Shown piece by piece: positions 13,395 through 28,234 of a stretch of 64,000 nucleotides of DNA (position 1 is the first letter of the stretch; the number at the start of each line of letters is the position of its first letter). This DNA comes from the human T2T-CHM13v2.0 reference genome, Homo sapiens: assembly GCF_009914755.1 (NCBI RefSeq), contig NC_060941.1. One strand, 5' to 3'. A program made the position numbers and the translations under genes. Under the pieces are notes generated by a model. The model did not search any database. It saw only the letters and a list, made by a program, of their open reading frames with translations, and had not been told where the DNA came from.

Positions 13395-14014
13395 GTGAGG
13401 CTGTGGCCTAGCCCTGGTGGGCACAGGGTGGCGCAGGCCCTCCCCACCCACACACACCGTTCAGGAAGCCCATGTTCAGAATGTGCCGCTCAGAGCTCCT
13501 GGGAGTGGACTGGGCACAGAACTGGGTGCTGCTGCTCCAGGCATGGCCCTATGCAGCCCTTCATTTCCTCATTTCACTGATCCAGGAGCCAACGACCAGA
13601 CTTAGACTTTGAGCTGGGAGGGGGCTGACCTGAGGGAAAGCAAGGGACTGTGGGAAACCAGGTGCACAGTGGCTGGAAACCGGGACTCTGGGCTCTTCTC
13701 TTGAAGGCCGCATGATCGTGAGCGAGTCACTGAACCTCCCTAAGCCTCGGCCTTCTCACTTGTGAAAAGGAGATGATGAGCTTTTCAGGGACACTTTTTT
13801 GTAAAACGTTTACCTGACATATAGGAAAGGCTCTGTAGATGGTAGGTATCATTGTGGTCACTGCCAGTGGCAGCTTCGGAGGGAGGAGGCCGCTGCCGGA
13901 TATCAGGCAGCCATCACTGTGAAGCTGGGGTTCTGTGGCCTCCATCCTCTCCCCTCGACCTCCCCAAGACCTGGCAAAGCTCAGCCCCTGAGAAGGCCCT
14001 CTCTGTTGGCCCAG

Positions 14015-14107
14015 TGCATCTCTCCAGGTGTGGTGGAGACACAATTCGCCTTCAAACTCCACGACAAGGACCCTGAGAAGGCAGCTGCCACCTATGAGCA
14101 AATGAAG
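14015..14107 (+). CDS. DHRS11: DHRS11 exon 5
   Basis: ggcccag acceptor; CISPGVVETQFAFKLHDKDPEKAAATYEQMK; AAG|gtgggg. Confidence 0.94.
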
Positions 14108-14315
14108 GTGGGGCCTCCCTCTGAGCCTGGTGAAGCCACTGACTCCCTAAATGAAGGCAGAGGGAAGCTCGGCCTTCAGACTCCACTCTTCCAGCCTTTG
14201 TGGCTCCTCCTGGAGGGTTGGGGTGGATGTGTGGATGCCACAGAGAAGCTCAGTGGTGGGAGGGAATTTGAGTCCATTCTGTCCTTGTCTCAACCCATTC
14301 CCCTGGTGCTCTCAG

Positions 14316-14381
14316 TGTCTCAAACCCGAGGATGTGGCCGAGGCTGTTATCTACGTCCTCAGCACCCCCGCACACATCCAG
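14316..14381 (+). CDS. DHRS11: DHRS11 exon 6
   Basis: ctctcag acceptor; CLKPEDVAEAVIYVLSTPAHIQ; CAG|gtgagt. Confidence 0.95.
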
Positions 14382-14505
14382 GTGAGTCTGGCCCTGACTG
14401 TCTACTCACTGGAGGAACCCAACCAGCCCCAGAGGAGGGGAGCAGGGAGCCCTGCAGGGCCAGGGGAGAGTGTCACAGCTGCCTCATGCCTTGTACCTTC
14501 CACAG

Positions 14506-14547
14506 ATTGGAGACATCCAGATGAGGCCCACGGAGCAGGTGACCTAG
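14506..14547 (+). CDS. DHRS11: DHRS11 exon 7 coding part
   Basis: ttccacag acceptor; IGDIQMRPTEQVT-TAG; exon sum gives 260 aa. Confidence 0.95.
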   Translation: MGDIQMRPTEQVT

Positions 14548-15123
14548 TGACTGTGGGAGCTCCTCCTTCCCTCCCCACCCTTCATGGCTTGCCTCCTGCC
14601 TCTGGATTTTAGGTGTTGATTTCTGGATCACGGGATACCACTTCCTGTCCACACCCCGACCAGGGGCTAGAAAATTTGTTTGAGATTTTTATATCATCTT
14701 GTCAAATTGCTTCAGTTGTAAATGTGAAAAATGGGCTGGGGAAAGGAGGTGGTGTCCCTAATTGTTTTACTTGTTAACTTGTTCTTGTGCCCCTGGGCAC
14801 TTGGCCTTTGTCTGCTCTCAGTGTCTTCCCTTTGACATGGGAAAGGAGTTGTGGCCAAAATCCCCATCTTCTTGCACCTCAACGTCTGTGGCTCAGGGCT
14901 GGGGTGGCAGAGGGAGGCCTTCACCTTATATCTGTGTTGTTATCCAGGGCTCCAGACTTCCTCCTCTGCCTGCCCCACTGCACCCTCTCCCCCTTATCTA
15001 TCTCCTTCTCGGCTCCCCAGCCCAGTCTTGGCTTCTTGTCCCCTCCTGGGGTCATCCCTCCACTCTGACTCTGACTATGGCAGCAGAACACCAGGGCCTG
15101 GCCCAGTGGATTTCATGGTGATC

Positions 15124-15129
15124 ATTAAA
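15124..15129 (+). terminator. DHRS11: DHRS11 polyadenylation signal ATTAAA
   Basis: variant hexamer ~580 nt after stop, followed by GT/T-rich sequence at ~15165-15195. Confidence 0.7.
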
Positions 15130-15749
15130 AAAGAAAAATCGCAACCAATCTGCCTTGGCTTCAGGAGTGTCTTTCCATTCTTTCCCCTTCTCTGTGATCA
15201 GGGGTGCTTGTGTCTCAGAATTTCTTCCAGGTAGGTCCCAGGTGGGTGGATTGGGGGCCTCACTCATGGGAGTATGGATTACCTTAGGTAGCAGGAATGG
15301 GTTTGTTTGGGCCTTGAAAACATGTAGGAGTTTGACAAAGCGAAGACAGGTGTGCAAGGCTGAGAGGTCTGGAAGAGCATGCAGTGCTGTGCGAACAGCT
15401 CAGAACTTAAGCACAGGAGCAAGGAGCCAGATGGGGCTGAAGAGGCAGCTCCTTCCTGCCTTCCTGGATCGCTGGGGGGCTGAGTGCTGCGCAAGAGTCT
15501 CGCCATTACCTGTGGGACGGGGGCGTTAGTGAGCTTGTCAGCAGGAACACGACAGGCTCAGAGTCACTTAGGAAGAGAATCAGCGGCCCGGGATAGGAAG
15601 TGACTGTTGGGGTCCTGCTGGCTGGTGATGGGCTAGTGAGAAGTTCTGGGAAAAATCACCAGCGCCGGGATGTGGGGAGGGAGGCAACAAGACTGAATTG
15701 GTTGACCAGGAAGGCCAACCCATCTCCTTAAAGGGCCCTTCACTGGTGC

Positions 15750-16750
15750 GTGGGTGAATGCGGTCCCCGGCCTCCTGGGACCTCGAGGAACACAGGACGC
15801 AGCCGGTAGTACGGCCAGCTCAGCTCGCCGCTCCTCTAGCCTTGAGGGAGGCGCTGTGGGGGACAGCCTGGCAGCCACGCATGCGCAAAACACCGTCAGG
15901 AAGGGGCCGGGGAGGGGCGGGCTCCCGAACCCGGAAGCGAGGGACCCACGTGGGAGCCTGGGAGCGGGTGGTCGTAGCTCGGTAGTCCAGTTGTGGGTAA
16001 TCGGGGCTGTTTGTTCCTGTCCGAGAGAGCTCGGCGGAGACGGCTGTCGAGTACCCTTCACCTCGGTGTTGGGAGCCTGGGAGCGAACTGCGGCGCGGGT
16101 TACCGCTCCCGGGGACGCAGCAAGGGGCATCGAGTCCCTGGCGGGAGCTGCGCCATGGCATTGCTCTCGACCGTCCGGGGCGCGACCTGGGGTCGCCTCG
16201 TCACCCGTCATTTCTCCCATGCAGCGCGGCATGGGGAGCGGCCTGGTGGGGAGGAGCTAAGCCGCTTGCTGCTGGATGACCTGGTGCCGACCTCTCGGCT
16301 GGAGCTTCTGTTTGGCATGACCCCGTGTCTCCTGGCTCTGCAGGCCGCCCGCCGCTCTGTGGCCCGGCTCCTGCTCCAGGCGGGTAAAGCTGGGCTGCAG
16401 GGGAAGCGGGCCGAGCTGCTCCGGATGGCCGAGGCGCGGGACATTCCAGTTCTGCGGCCCAGACGGCAGAAACTGGACACAATGTGCCGCTACCAGGTCC
16501 ACCAGGGTGTCTGCATGGAGGTGAGCCCGCTGCGGCCCCGGCCTTGGAGAGAGGCCGGGGAGGCGAGCCCAGGCGACGACCCCCAGCAGTTGTGGCTCGT
16601 CCTCGATGGGATCCAGGATCCCCGGAATTTTGGGGCTGTGCTGCGTTCCGCACACTTCCTCGGAGTGGATAAGGTCATCACCAGCCGGAGAAACAGGCAC
16701 GGACGTCCCTCATTCTCTATGTGCCCCAACTTGGAGACGCAGCCGAGTTC
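15750..16750 (+). promoter_or_regulatory. MRM1: CpG island / MRM1 promoter
   Basis: CpG-rich; NRF1-like CACGCATGCGCA 15876-15887, GC box 15914-15921, ETS CCGGAAG 15931-15937, E-box CACGTG 15947-15952. Confidence 0.88.
16155..16696 (+). CDS. MRM1: MRM1 exon 1 (mitochondrial rRNA 2'-O-methyltransferase, SPOUT family)
   Basis: gccATGG; Arg-rich targeting-peptide-like N-terminus [15 protein letters not shown]..; HQGV and [17 protein letters not shown] SpoU motif 1; ends AG|gcacgg (GC donor required for frame). Confidence 0.93.
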
Positions 16751-16896
16751 CTAAGCACCTTGGCCCTTGGGTGATCCCTTAGCCAGACTTACCTGTCCCA
16801 GAACTCTCATCCCCCTAGCCCTTGGGAGCCCTGGGAGGGTAGGGAGCCGGGCTTGAGATGGCCCAGCCTAATGCGGGGAACGGGGAAACCTTGCAG

Positions 16897-16990
16897 CTGC
16901 CCGCTCACTCCAGTAGTCAGCAAGTCCAGCGCGGGGGCTATGGAGGTGATGGACGTGTTCTCCACTGATGACCTCACCGGATTTTTACAG
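16897..16990 (+). CDS. MRM1: MRM1 exon 2
   Basis: ttgcag acceptor; (S)[31 protein letters not shown]; CAG|gtaatg. Confidence 0.94.
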
Positions 16991-17591
16991 GTAATGAGGG
17001 GCAAGAGGGGAAGGAACAGATGTGAGCCCAGCTCAGCCTCTTCAAGGGGACGAAGCTAGCCCCTGGCGAGGGAGAGAAAGGGGCATGTTGGCACCGCTTC
17101 CTTTGGCCTTCTAAATCCCTCTGGGGATGGAAGGGTCCTGGAGTTTTTAAAACGGCAAATGGAGCATTAGCTGAATTCTTCCTAGCGTTATACCCTTTCC
17201 TGCACCCCTTCCCCAGGTATGCACCACTTTGCCTCTTCTGTAAGTCAGCCTCAGTGTCTATTTGCCTACTAGGTCGGGCTTCAGTAAATGCATTTTGTTC
17301 AGCTGTGGGGAGCTGCGTACAGGAGACCTGAGTTCCTCGAATAGGGCACAGCTTGAAAGGATGTTTGAACAAGAAGATCTTTATGCCATTAGTATCTAGC
17401 AAGAGACAAACCTTGGAAACCCCTCTCCCATCCGTTTGTCTTCAGCTGTGCTTCCCTTGCTGGACACAAGGAGGCAGTATTGCTCTGCATATGGAATCCC
17501 CTCTGACCATACCCCCCCCAACCCCCACCCCAACTGCAGGGTGAGAAATTTCCCTCTTAAGAAGGGGGAGAGCTCTGGGACCTGTCTAGAA

Positions 17592-18181
<590 letters not shown>

Positions 18182-18868
18182 ATCTAGAAGCATTTTTTGG
18201 CTTCACTTTTTTGTAGAGAGCCCCTTTCTCCAAGCCTGATAGGAGATGAGGTTCCCACTCATCACTTCCAGCCCCTGAACAGGTAGCTTCTGAAAACACA
18301 GAAACACTGCAGAACATCCACTTAAGCTCCAGGCATCACATCTCCCTACTGTCATCAGCATCTGACCTGGAGAGTGTCATCCGCCTGTTGCTGTGGAAGA
18401 GCTGGAGGTGCCCCAAGCAGGGGCCTGTGCTGGGGCCCCATCCCTTCCTGCGTACTCAGAGACACTGCTGTAGCAATTTTCCTCCTCTTCCTGCAGCATC
18501 CACTTTTCTCTTACACTCTCTTCAGCATGCAAGCAAACATTCCCCTCTCACGCTCTTGATCTCACACCAGTCAGCTCTTCCTCTCACACTGAATCAAAGG
18601 CTTCATCAAGGTCACCAGTGGCCTCCATGTTGCTGCATTCCAGGGTCTGTTCTCAATTCTTTTCTGACTTGACCCATCTGCAGCAGCTGGCACAGTTGAC
18701 CACTCCTTCCTCCTTGAAACACTATACCTGCTTTCCTTCTGCTTCACCATGTCCTCTCTGAGAGACATTTTTAGTGGTTCTTCCTCAACCCCCTGACTTC
18801 CGAGCATTAGCATTTCCCAGATTTTAGTCCTCGGATCTCTTTTGTTGTTGTTGTTAAGAGATGGGGTC

Positions 18869-20700
<1,832 letters not shown>

Positions 20701-20758
20701 GATAAATGAATGTATGGGCAAGGCTGGGCTCTTCCTTGGCCAGGGCTCTGATGGATAA

Positions 20759-21650
<892 letters not shown>

Positions 21651-21686
21651 GCCTCTGATGAAGATTTGATGAATTAGAATAGGAGA

Positions 21687-21986
21687 GGCAGGCATGGTGG
21701 CTGACGCTTGTAATCCTAGCACTCTGGGAGGCCAAGGTGGGAGGATCGCTTGAAGCCAGGAGTTCCAGACCAACCAGGGCAACATGGCAAAACCTCATCT
21801 CAAAAAAAAAAAATGCAAAAACTAGCCGGGTGGGGTGGCGAGTGCCTGTAGTCCCAGCTACTTGGGAGGCTGAGGTGGGAGGATCACCAGAACCCAGGCG
21901 GTTGAGGCTGCGGTGAGCTGTGATCGTGCCACTGCACTCCAGCCTGAGCGAGAGTAAGACCCTATCTCAAAATTAAAATAAAAAAA
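21687..21986 (+). mobile_element. AluJ-like SINE just upstream of MRM1 exon 3
   Basis: sense Alu with gaggatcgcttga diagnostic and A-rich tail. Confidence 0.92.
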
Positions 21987-22017
21987 GAATTAGAACATAT
22001 CTTCTTCCCCCTTTCAG

Positions 22018-22150
22018 ACCAAAGCCCAGCAGGGCTGGCTCGTGGCCGGCACGGTGGGCTGCCCAAGCACAGAGGATCCCCAGTCCTCCGAGATCCCCAT
22101 CATGAGTTGCTTGGAGTTCCTCTGGGAACGGCCTACTCTCCTTGTGCTGG
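22018..22150 (+). CDS. MRM1: MRM1 exon 3
   Basis: ctttcag acceptor; [14 protein letters not shown]...PTLLVL(G); G|gtaggt. Confidence 0.95.
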
Positions 22151-22246
22151 GTAGGTGGATGTCCCTGCGTTTGTGCCCAGATTACATTTCCCGAGCAACT
22201 GGGTGTCCAGCTGGGCAACCCTAACCCTCAGCCCCACGCCCTGCAG

Positions 22247-22366
22247 GGAATGAGGGCTCAGGTCTATCCCAGGAGGTGCAGGCCTCCTGCCAGCTTCTCC
22301 TCACCATCCTGCCCCGGCGCCAGCTGCCTCCTGGACTTGAGTCCTTGAACGTCTCTGTGGCTGCAG
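22247..22366 (+). CDS. MRM1: MRM1 exon 4 (SPOUT motifs [14 protein letters not shown])
   Basis: cctgcag acceptor after 96-nt intron; G|gtgagt donor. Confidence 0.95.
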
Positions 22367-22590
22367 GTGAGTCTACTCCCCTTTCCCTTTCCTCTATCCC
22401 TCTAATCACGCAGGTGGGATTTGATGCCCTCTAATCCCATTTGCTGGCTGTTTGTGTGCCTCAGTTGCTTTATGTACAAAATGGGGAAATTACATCCCGT
22501 TGATGAGATGAGGGGCTGCCTGAATGTCTAGGTCTCTAAACATCATCCTTCTCCTCCGTCCTCTCTTCCCTTGTCCTTGTGTCTGTGCAG

Positions 22591-22763
22591 GAATTCTTCT
22601 TCACTCCATTTGCAGCCAGAGGAAGGGTTTCCCCACAGAGGGGGAGAGAAGGCAGCTTCTCCAAGACCCCCAAGAACCCTCAGCCAGGTCTGAAGGGCTC
22701 AGCATGGCTCAGCACCCAGGGCTGTCTTCAGGCCCAGAGAAAGAGAGGCAAAATGAGGGCTGA
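22591..22763 (+). CDS. MRM1: MRM1 exon 5 coding part
   Basis: tgtgcag acceptor; (G)ILLHSICSQRK...ERQNEG-TGA; exon sum 1062 nt = 353 aa. Confidence 0.95.
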
Positions 22764-23294
22764 CGTGGACTGTCCACAGTGTTCATGTGCTGGAGTCAGG
22801 GACGGCCGCACCTGCCTCCGCCGGCTCCAGTGTGCGGGGAGCCTCTGCCTGAGTGTGCACCAGGCCCATGTTTATTGACCACAGTCTGAGGGGGGGGGGA
22901 AGGGGACTGCGGTGGACACCAGAGGAAGCTGTTTCCTGTTGTGATGTTGGACCTGTAGTAGGACATGGTGATTTGTTAATTTCCATGGGAAGCCATGATG
23001 GCCTAGCATGGAGGGAATCTGTTCCCAGGCCCTGCCTGGAAGTTGAGGGAAAGTTTAGACATCTGCAGAGAGGCAGGCAGCCCAGCCCAGGGGACCCGTT
23101 CCTCTTGAACCAGTCATTGCCTGTGGCAAATGTGTGTATGAGAATGTGGGGGGTGGAGGGCGGGGCCCTGATGTGGAGTAGACAGTGCGCACCTCAGGCC
23201 CACACACGGCCCCGCCCTGGGGCCTTGAGCGCAGGCCTCATCTTTCTGTGCCGCGGGACTCTGCACCTACCTCACAGGGTTGTTGTGAGGCTCA

Positions 23295-23300
23295 AATAAA
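23295..23300 (+). terminator. MRM1: MRM1 polyadenylation signal AATAAA (inside a MIR fragment)
   Basis: first AATAAA I found downstream of the stop. Confidence 0.72.
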
Positions 23301-23612
23301 ACATCACTCAGCACGTGGGAGATTCTGGCCAATTCCTCCGTTAGGTGGCAGCCTCGCTCTTCGGTCCAGTCTTCAGGCAGCTTCCACAGCCTCCTTGCGG
23401 GGAGACTCCTGGCTGCAGCCCCATGAGAGGCGACGGGAAATTAGCAAACACCTCCCACCCCACGGGGGCCCCCCACGGGTGACTGAGTCAGTTCCCCTCA
23501 AGGGGAGGAACTGGGAGCAGGCTTGCCGTTGATTGTACAACCGAGACAGATTTGGCACTCCTCCCCTCGGGTCCCAGGAAAGCAGCAGGAGCCAGCAGTG
23601 TGAGGAGCATAG

Positions 23613-23777
23613 AAGTGTTTCTGTCCTGGTGGCACATTGGAACCACCTGGCATGCTTTAAAAAACCCAACACTGACACCAGAGAGTCTGACATGATGGGT
23701 GTGGCGCCACCTGGCATCCGGCTTTCGAAAGCGCCACCATTGGTCTAATGTGCAGCCAAGGCTGAGAATCACCACTA
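23613..23777. mobile_element. MER5-type hAT relic
   Basis: cacattggaaccacctgg and ctaatgtgcagccaaggctgagaatccact match MER5 termini. Confidence 0.6.
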
Positions 23778-23778
23778 G

Positions 23779-23990
23779 GGCAGGTGGACTCAAATTCCAC
23801 ACCCTTGACATTTTGGGCCAGATAATTTTTTGTTGTGAGAGCCATCCTGTGCACTGTAGGATGTTTAGCAGAATCCCCGACCTATACGCACTAGATGCCT
23901 GTAGCATGACCCCTCATTATGAAACCAGAAATGTCTCCAGACGTTGCCAGATGGCTTCTAAGAGACAAAAATCTCCCCTCCTGGAGCATG
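23779..23990 (-). mobile_element. MER20 (hAT-Charlie)
   Basis: ttgacattttgggccagataatt..cctgtgcactgtaggatgtttagcag..aaatgtctccagacgttgcca = reverse complement of MER20. Confidence 0.85.
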
Positions 23991-24257
23991 GCTTTGGAGG
24001 ATAGCAACCCCGAACTTGCAATCCTGACTGCTATGTGACCTTGGGGGGGCGCTCCTTACCCACCTGGGCCTCGGTGCCCTCCTGGGCGAAAGGGGAATAA
24101 TCCTACCTTCCTGGATTGTTGGGAGAATATGGAGGGCAATAGGAACTCACATGTATTAGGTGCTCAATAAATAGTACTCCACTTTTCTCTGGAATCCATC
24201 TGCATTGGATTTGTCTCAATTCTAATAATGGCAATGCCAATTTAGAGCAACACTTAA

Positions 24258-24882
<625 letters not shown>

Positions 24883-25125
24883 TAAGATCTTTTTAAAGTC
24901 AAAGTTACTCCTCTCAAGAAAGAGGACAGAATTCCTTCATAAACTGCACTGATCAGCTTCTGCCCCCCTTGAGCTCCCTGTCCCTGACTGCCACGCAGGC
25001 TCTGACCCATCCCTGCTTCATTCTTGGCCAAGTGCCTAGTGTAGTGATGTTTCACTTTGGCTTGTCATTGGGGTCAAGGAGGAGAATATTTTTAATATTT
25101 CAGAAGCCCAGAGGCACCTGACTGA

Positions 25126-25465
<340 letters not shown>

Positions 25466-25851
25466 GATATTTCTTAAAGCTACTAGTTGATCTCATTGTG
25501 TGACCAGGTTCAAGAATCAGTGGCCTTTGAGCCACTCACTCATGTCCAAGAAACTGCTTCCCATGCACACCTGTGCTTTTGAGCTCATGCCTGAAAGTTT
25601 AGGTGAGGGTGAGCTTTCATCTGTCCCTCAGGTTCCGGAAGGTGCTCATTCCAGTCCTGGCTCCATGGCTTTCCACTGAGATGGCTTCTCAGCCTCCTCA
25701 TCTTGGGGATAGTACCATTACTACCAGCCCTATCTACCCCCTTCCTTTTCAACAGAAGTTATAAAAATAAAATGAGAGTATCGGTAAAAGATGTTCTGTA
25801 AACCAGAGGACACTGCACCCCAGGACTAGCGCACAATAATACAGACTTTGA

Positions 25852-26339
25852 TGTGGTGGTTAATTTTGTGTATCAACTTGACTGGGCCATGGGTTGCCCA
25901 GATGTTTGGTCAAACATTCTGGGTGTTTCTCTGAGGCTGTTTTTGGAAGAGATTAACGTTTACATTGGTAGACTGAGTCAAGCAGACCCCTAATGTGAGT
26001 GGGTCTCATCCATTCAGTTGAGGGCCTGAATAGAACAAAAAGTCTGACCTCTCCCAAGTCAGAGAATCCTTCCTACCTTCAGACTAGACCTGAAATATCA
26101 GCTCTTCCTGGATCTCAAGCGTGCTGGCCTTTGAATGGAAATGATACCATTGGTTTTCCTGGTGCTCAGGCCTTCAAACTCAGGCTGGAATGAAACCATC
26201 GGCTCTCCTGGGCGTCCAGCTTGCTGACTCACCCTGCACATCTTGAGACTTGCCCGCCTCCATCATTGCATGAGCCAATGCCTTATAATCTCTTGAACAC
26301 ACACACATTGGTTCTGTTTCTCTGGAGAAACCTAATGCA
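25852..26339 (+). mobile_element. MLT2-family (ERVL) solo LTR
   Basis: starts TGTGGTGGTTAATTTTGTGTATCAACTTGACTGGGCCA, ends TTGGTTCTGTTTCTCTGGAGAAACCTAATGCA; TG...CA termini, near-TSD tttga/gttga. Confidence 0.88.
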
Positions 26340-26964
26340 GTTGATGAAAATGAATGTAGGCGTCCCAGTGCTCCCTGCATATGGGATGCAGGGTTCAGCT
26401 TGCTCTCTAGAACCAAGGCCAACATGGAACTTAGAAGTTGGAGTAGGGGCTACTTAGGCACCCCACCCCCCACAGACTCCTCCATGGTGGCTGGAACCCG
26501 ATCTAACCTGCCCTGGGCATGCTGTTCATCAGCTTTCCCTGTCCCAGTGGTCTGGGCCATCTAGAAGACTCTCCTGGGCTTAGTCAGGTACAGGGGGCTT
26601 CTCCCTGCTTCACTCCCTGGGCAGCAGGCTGGCTGGCCTCTGGGAAGACAGGTTCACTTAAACCAAAGGGGATTGAGGCTTAAATTACAGGCCATACACA
26701 CACAGGTGTGTGCTAATTTCTGGTATACAGGCAGTCCCCCAACAAAGAGGAAGGGTCTGAGGTCCTAAGGATGAGGAGGATGAGGCCTGATTCTCCTTTA
26801 GGCAGCCTCTGGTACCTGGCGCGGTGCCTATACACTGAGTGGACACTGCTCAGCAAGTGTGGGTTAAGTACACGGGAGCTGGGGAGGCTGTGGCTGTGGG
26901 TGTGAAGGGGCTGGGTGGGGGTCCATCCCCTGCAGGGCAGAGTTGGAATGAAGTCAGAGGAGAG

Positions 26965-27205
26965 AGCAGTGGTGGTTAAGAGCAGGAGCCTGGCTGCTAG
27001 ACAGTGCTTGCTTTGAGTTCCAACTCTGTGGCTTGCTAGAAGTATAAATGTGGACATGTCCCTTAAATTCCAAGCCTCAGTTTTCATCGCCTATAAAATG
27101 GGGATGACAGTGGTGTCCACTTCAAAGGATGGTGGTATGGATTGAAAGAGGTCATACATGTAAAACCCTCAGCCCCATGCCTGGAGGAGCATGGTAGCTG
27201 CTCCT
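26965..27205 (+). mobile_element. MIR SINE
   Basis: gtggttaagagc..gcctcagttttcatcgcctataaaatgggga core. Confidence 0.75.
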
Positions 27206-28234
27206 CAAAGCCTCTAGGGCCAGATTTAGAGGTCAGGGTGCTGGGTTGTGCTTCCCAACCAACCTGGCCTCCGTTTTCCTGTAGGCTCTGGCCCCTTTCA
27301 TCTGTAGTGCACAATGATTTACCACTGGGAACTGCTGGAGGGAGTTGAGGGAGGAGAGGGGTTGGAATGACATTTGTAGGATCCCCCTTTGTCAGGGCTC
27401 CAAGATCCTGAGATGCCGAGATGGAAAGGGTCTAAGAAGAATTGGCAGTGACTTGGTATTCTCGGAGCAGCTAAATCAAGGCTGGCACCCCAGATCCCTG
27501 CTGCAGGCCTGGAATATTTTTTTGGCAGGAGGCTAAATTGTCAATCCCCCTCCCCCTAGGTTGGGGTCCTGAATTAGACAGCACACCCGCCACCCCCGCT
27601 TCGCCGACACACATACACACACACCACCACTACCACCACCGACTCCTGCAGGGCCAGGTGCCAGGGATCCCCACAGTTTGTAAATGTAATCAACCTTGAG
27701 GTTTCTCACTTCCACAGGTGCAATTAGCATGCCCATCTGCTAATCCCTGATTAATGCTGTTTACAAACATGGGGCTCCACTGCAGAGCCGCTCAGCCACT
27801 CCCTCCTGGGGTTGTGAGGCAGGGGTCTTCCCTGCAACCTCTCCCCACTTCTTCAGGCCTCCTCCCCAGCCAGAACCCCTCTGCCTCCCCTTCCCCAGGC
27901 AGTGAACAGAGCTAGAGGTCCCTCCTCCTCCTTCCCCGAGCTTCCTGGCCCCTTCTCAGTGTACACATGTGGAAGCGGAGAGCAGGGAAAGCAGACAGGG
28001 AGGCTTGGCGGCAAGGCCAGGATCCTACTCATCCCTGTCCCACCGACTCAGTCTACCAGTGTCTTTCTTCCCAATTCTGAACTTCAAGGATGTGTACTGG
28101 GCGCGCTGCCTTTATTCACCACTCAGCTGCAGCCCTGAGGCCACACAAACATGTCCCCCTGCAGGAGTTCTCGGTGGGTCAGAAGTCCGGTACCAAAAGC
28201 AGGATGTCAGACAGTGCCGGCTCCACATGTGGGC

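Noticed and set aside
14545-14550. DHRS11 stop-codon read-through
   Set aside because: TAG is followed at once by in-frame TGA
15633-16700. Antisense ORFs over the MRM1 island (similarly over DHRS11 exon 1)
   Set aside because: Expected GC artefacts and shadows of the real CDS
25852-26339. MLT2 LTR as a DUX4-driven embryonic promoter
   Set aside because: The position carrying the DUX4-type motif in MLT2A reads TTGACTGGGCCA here; older subfamily, no support
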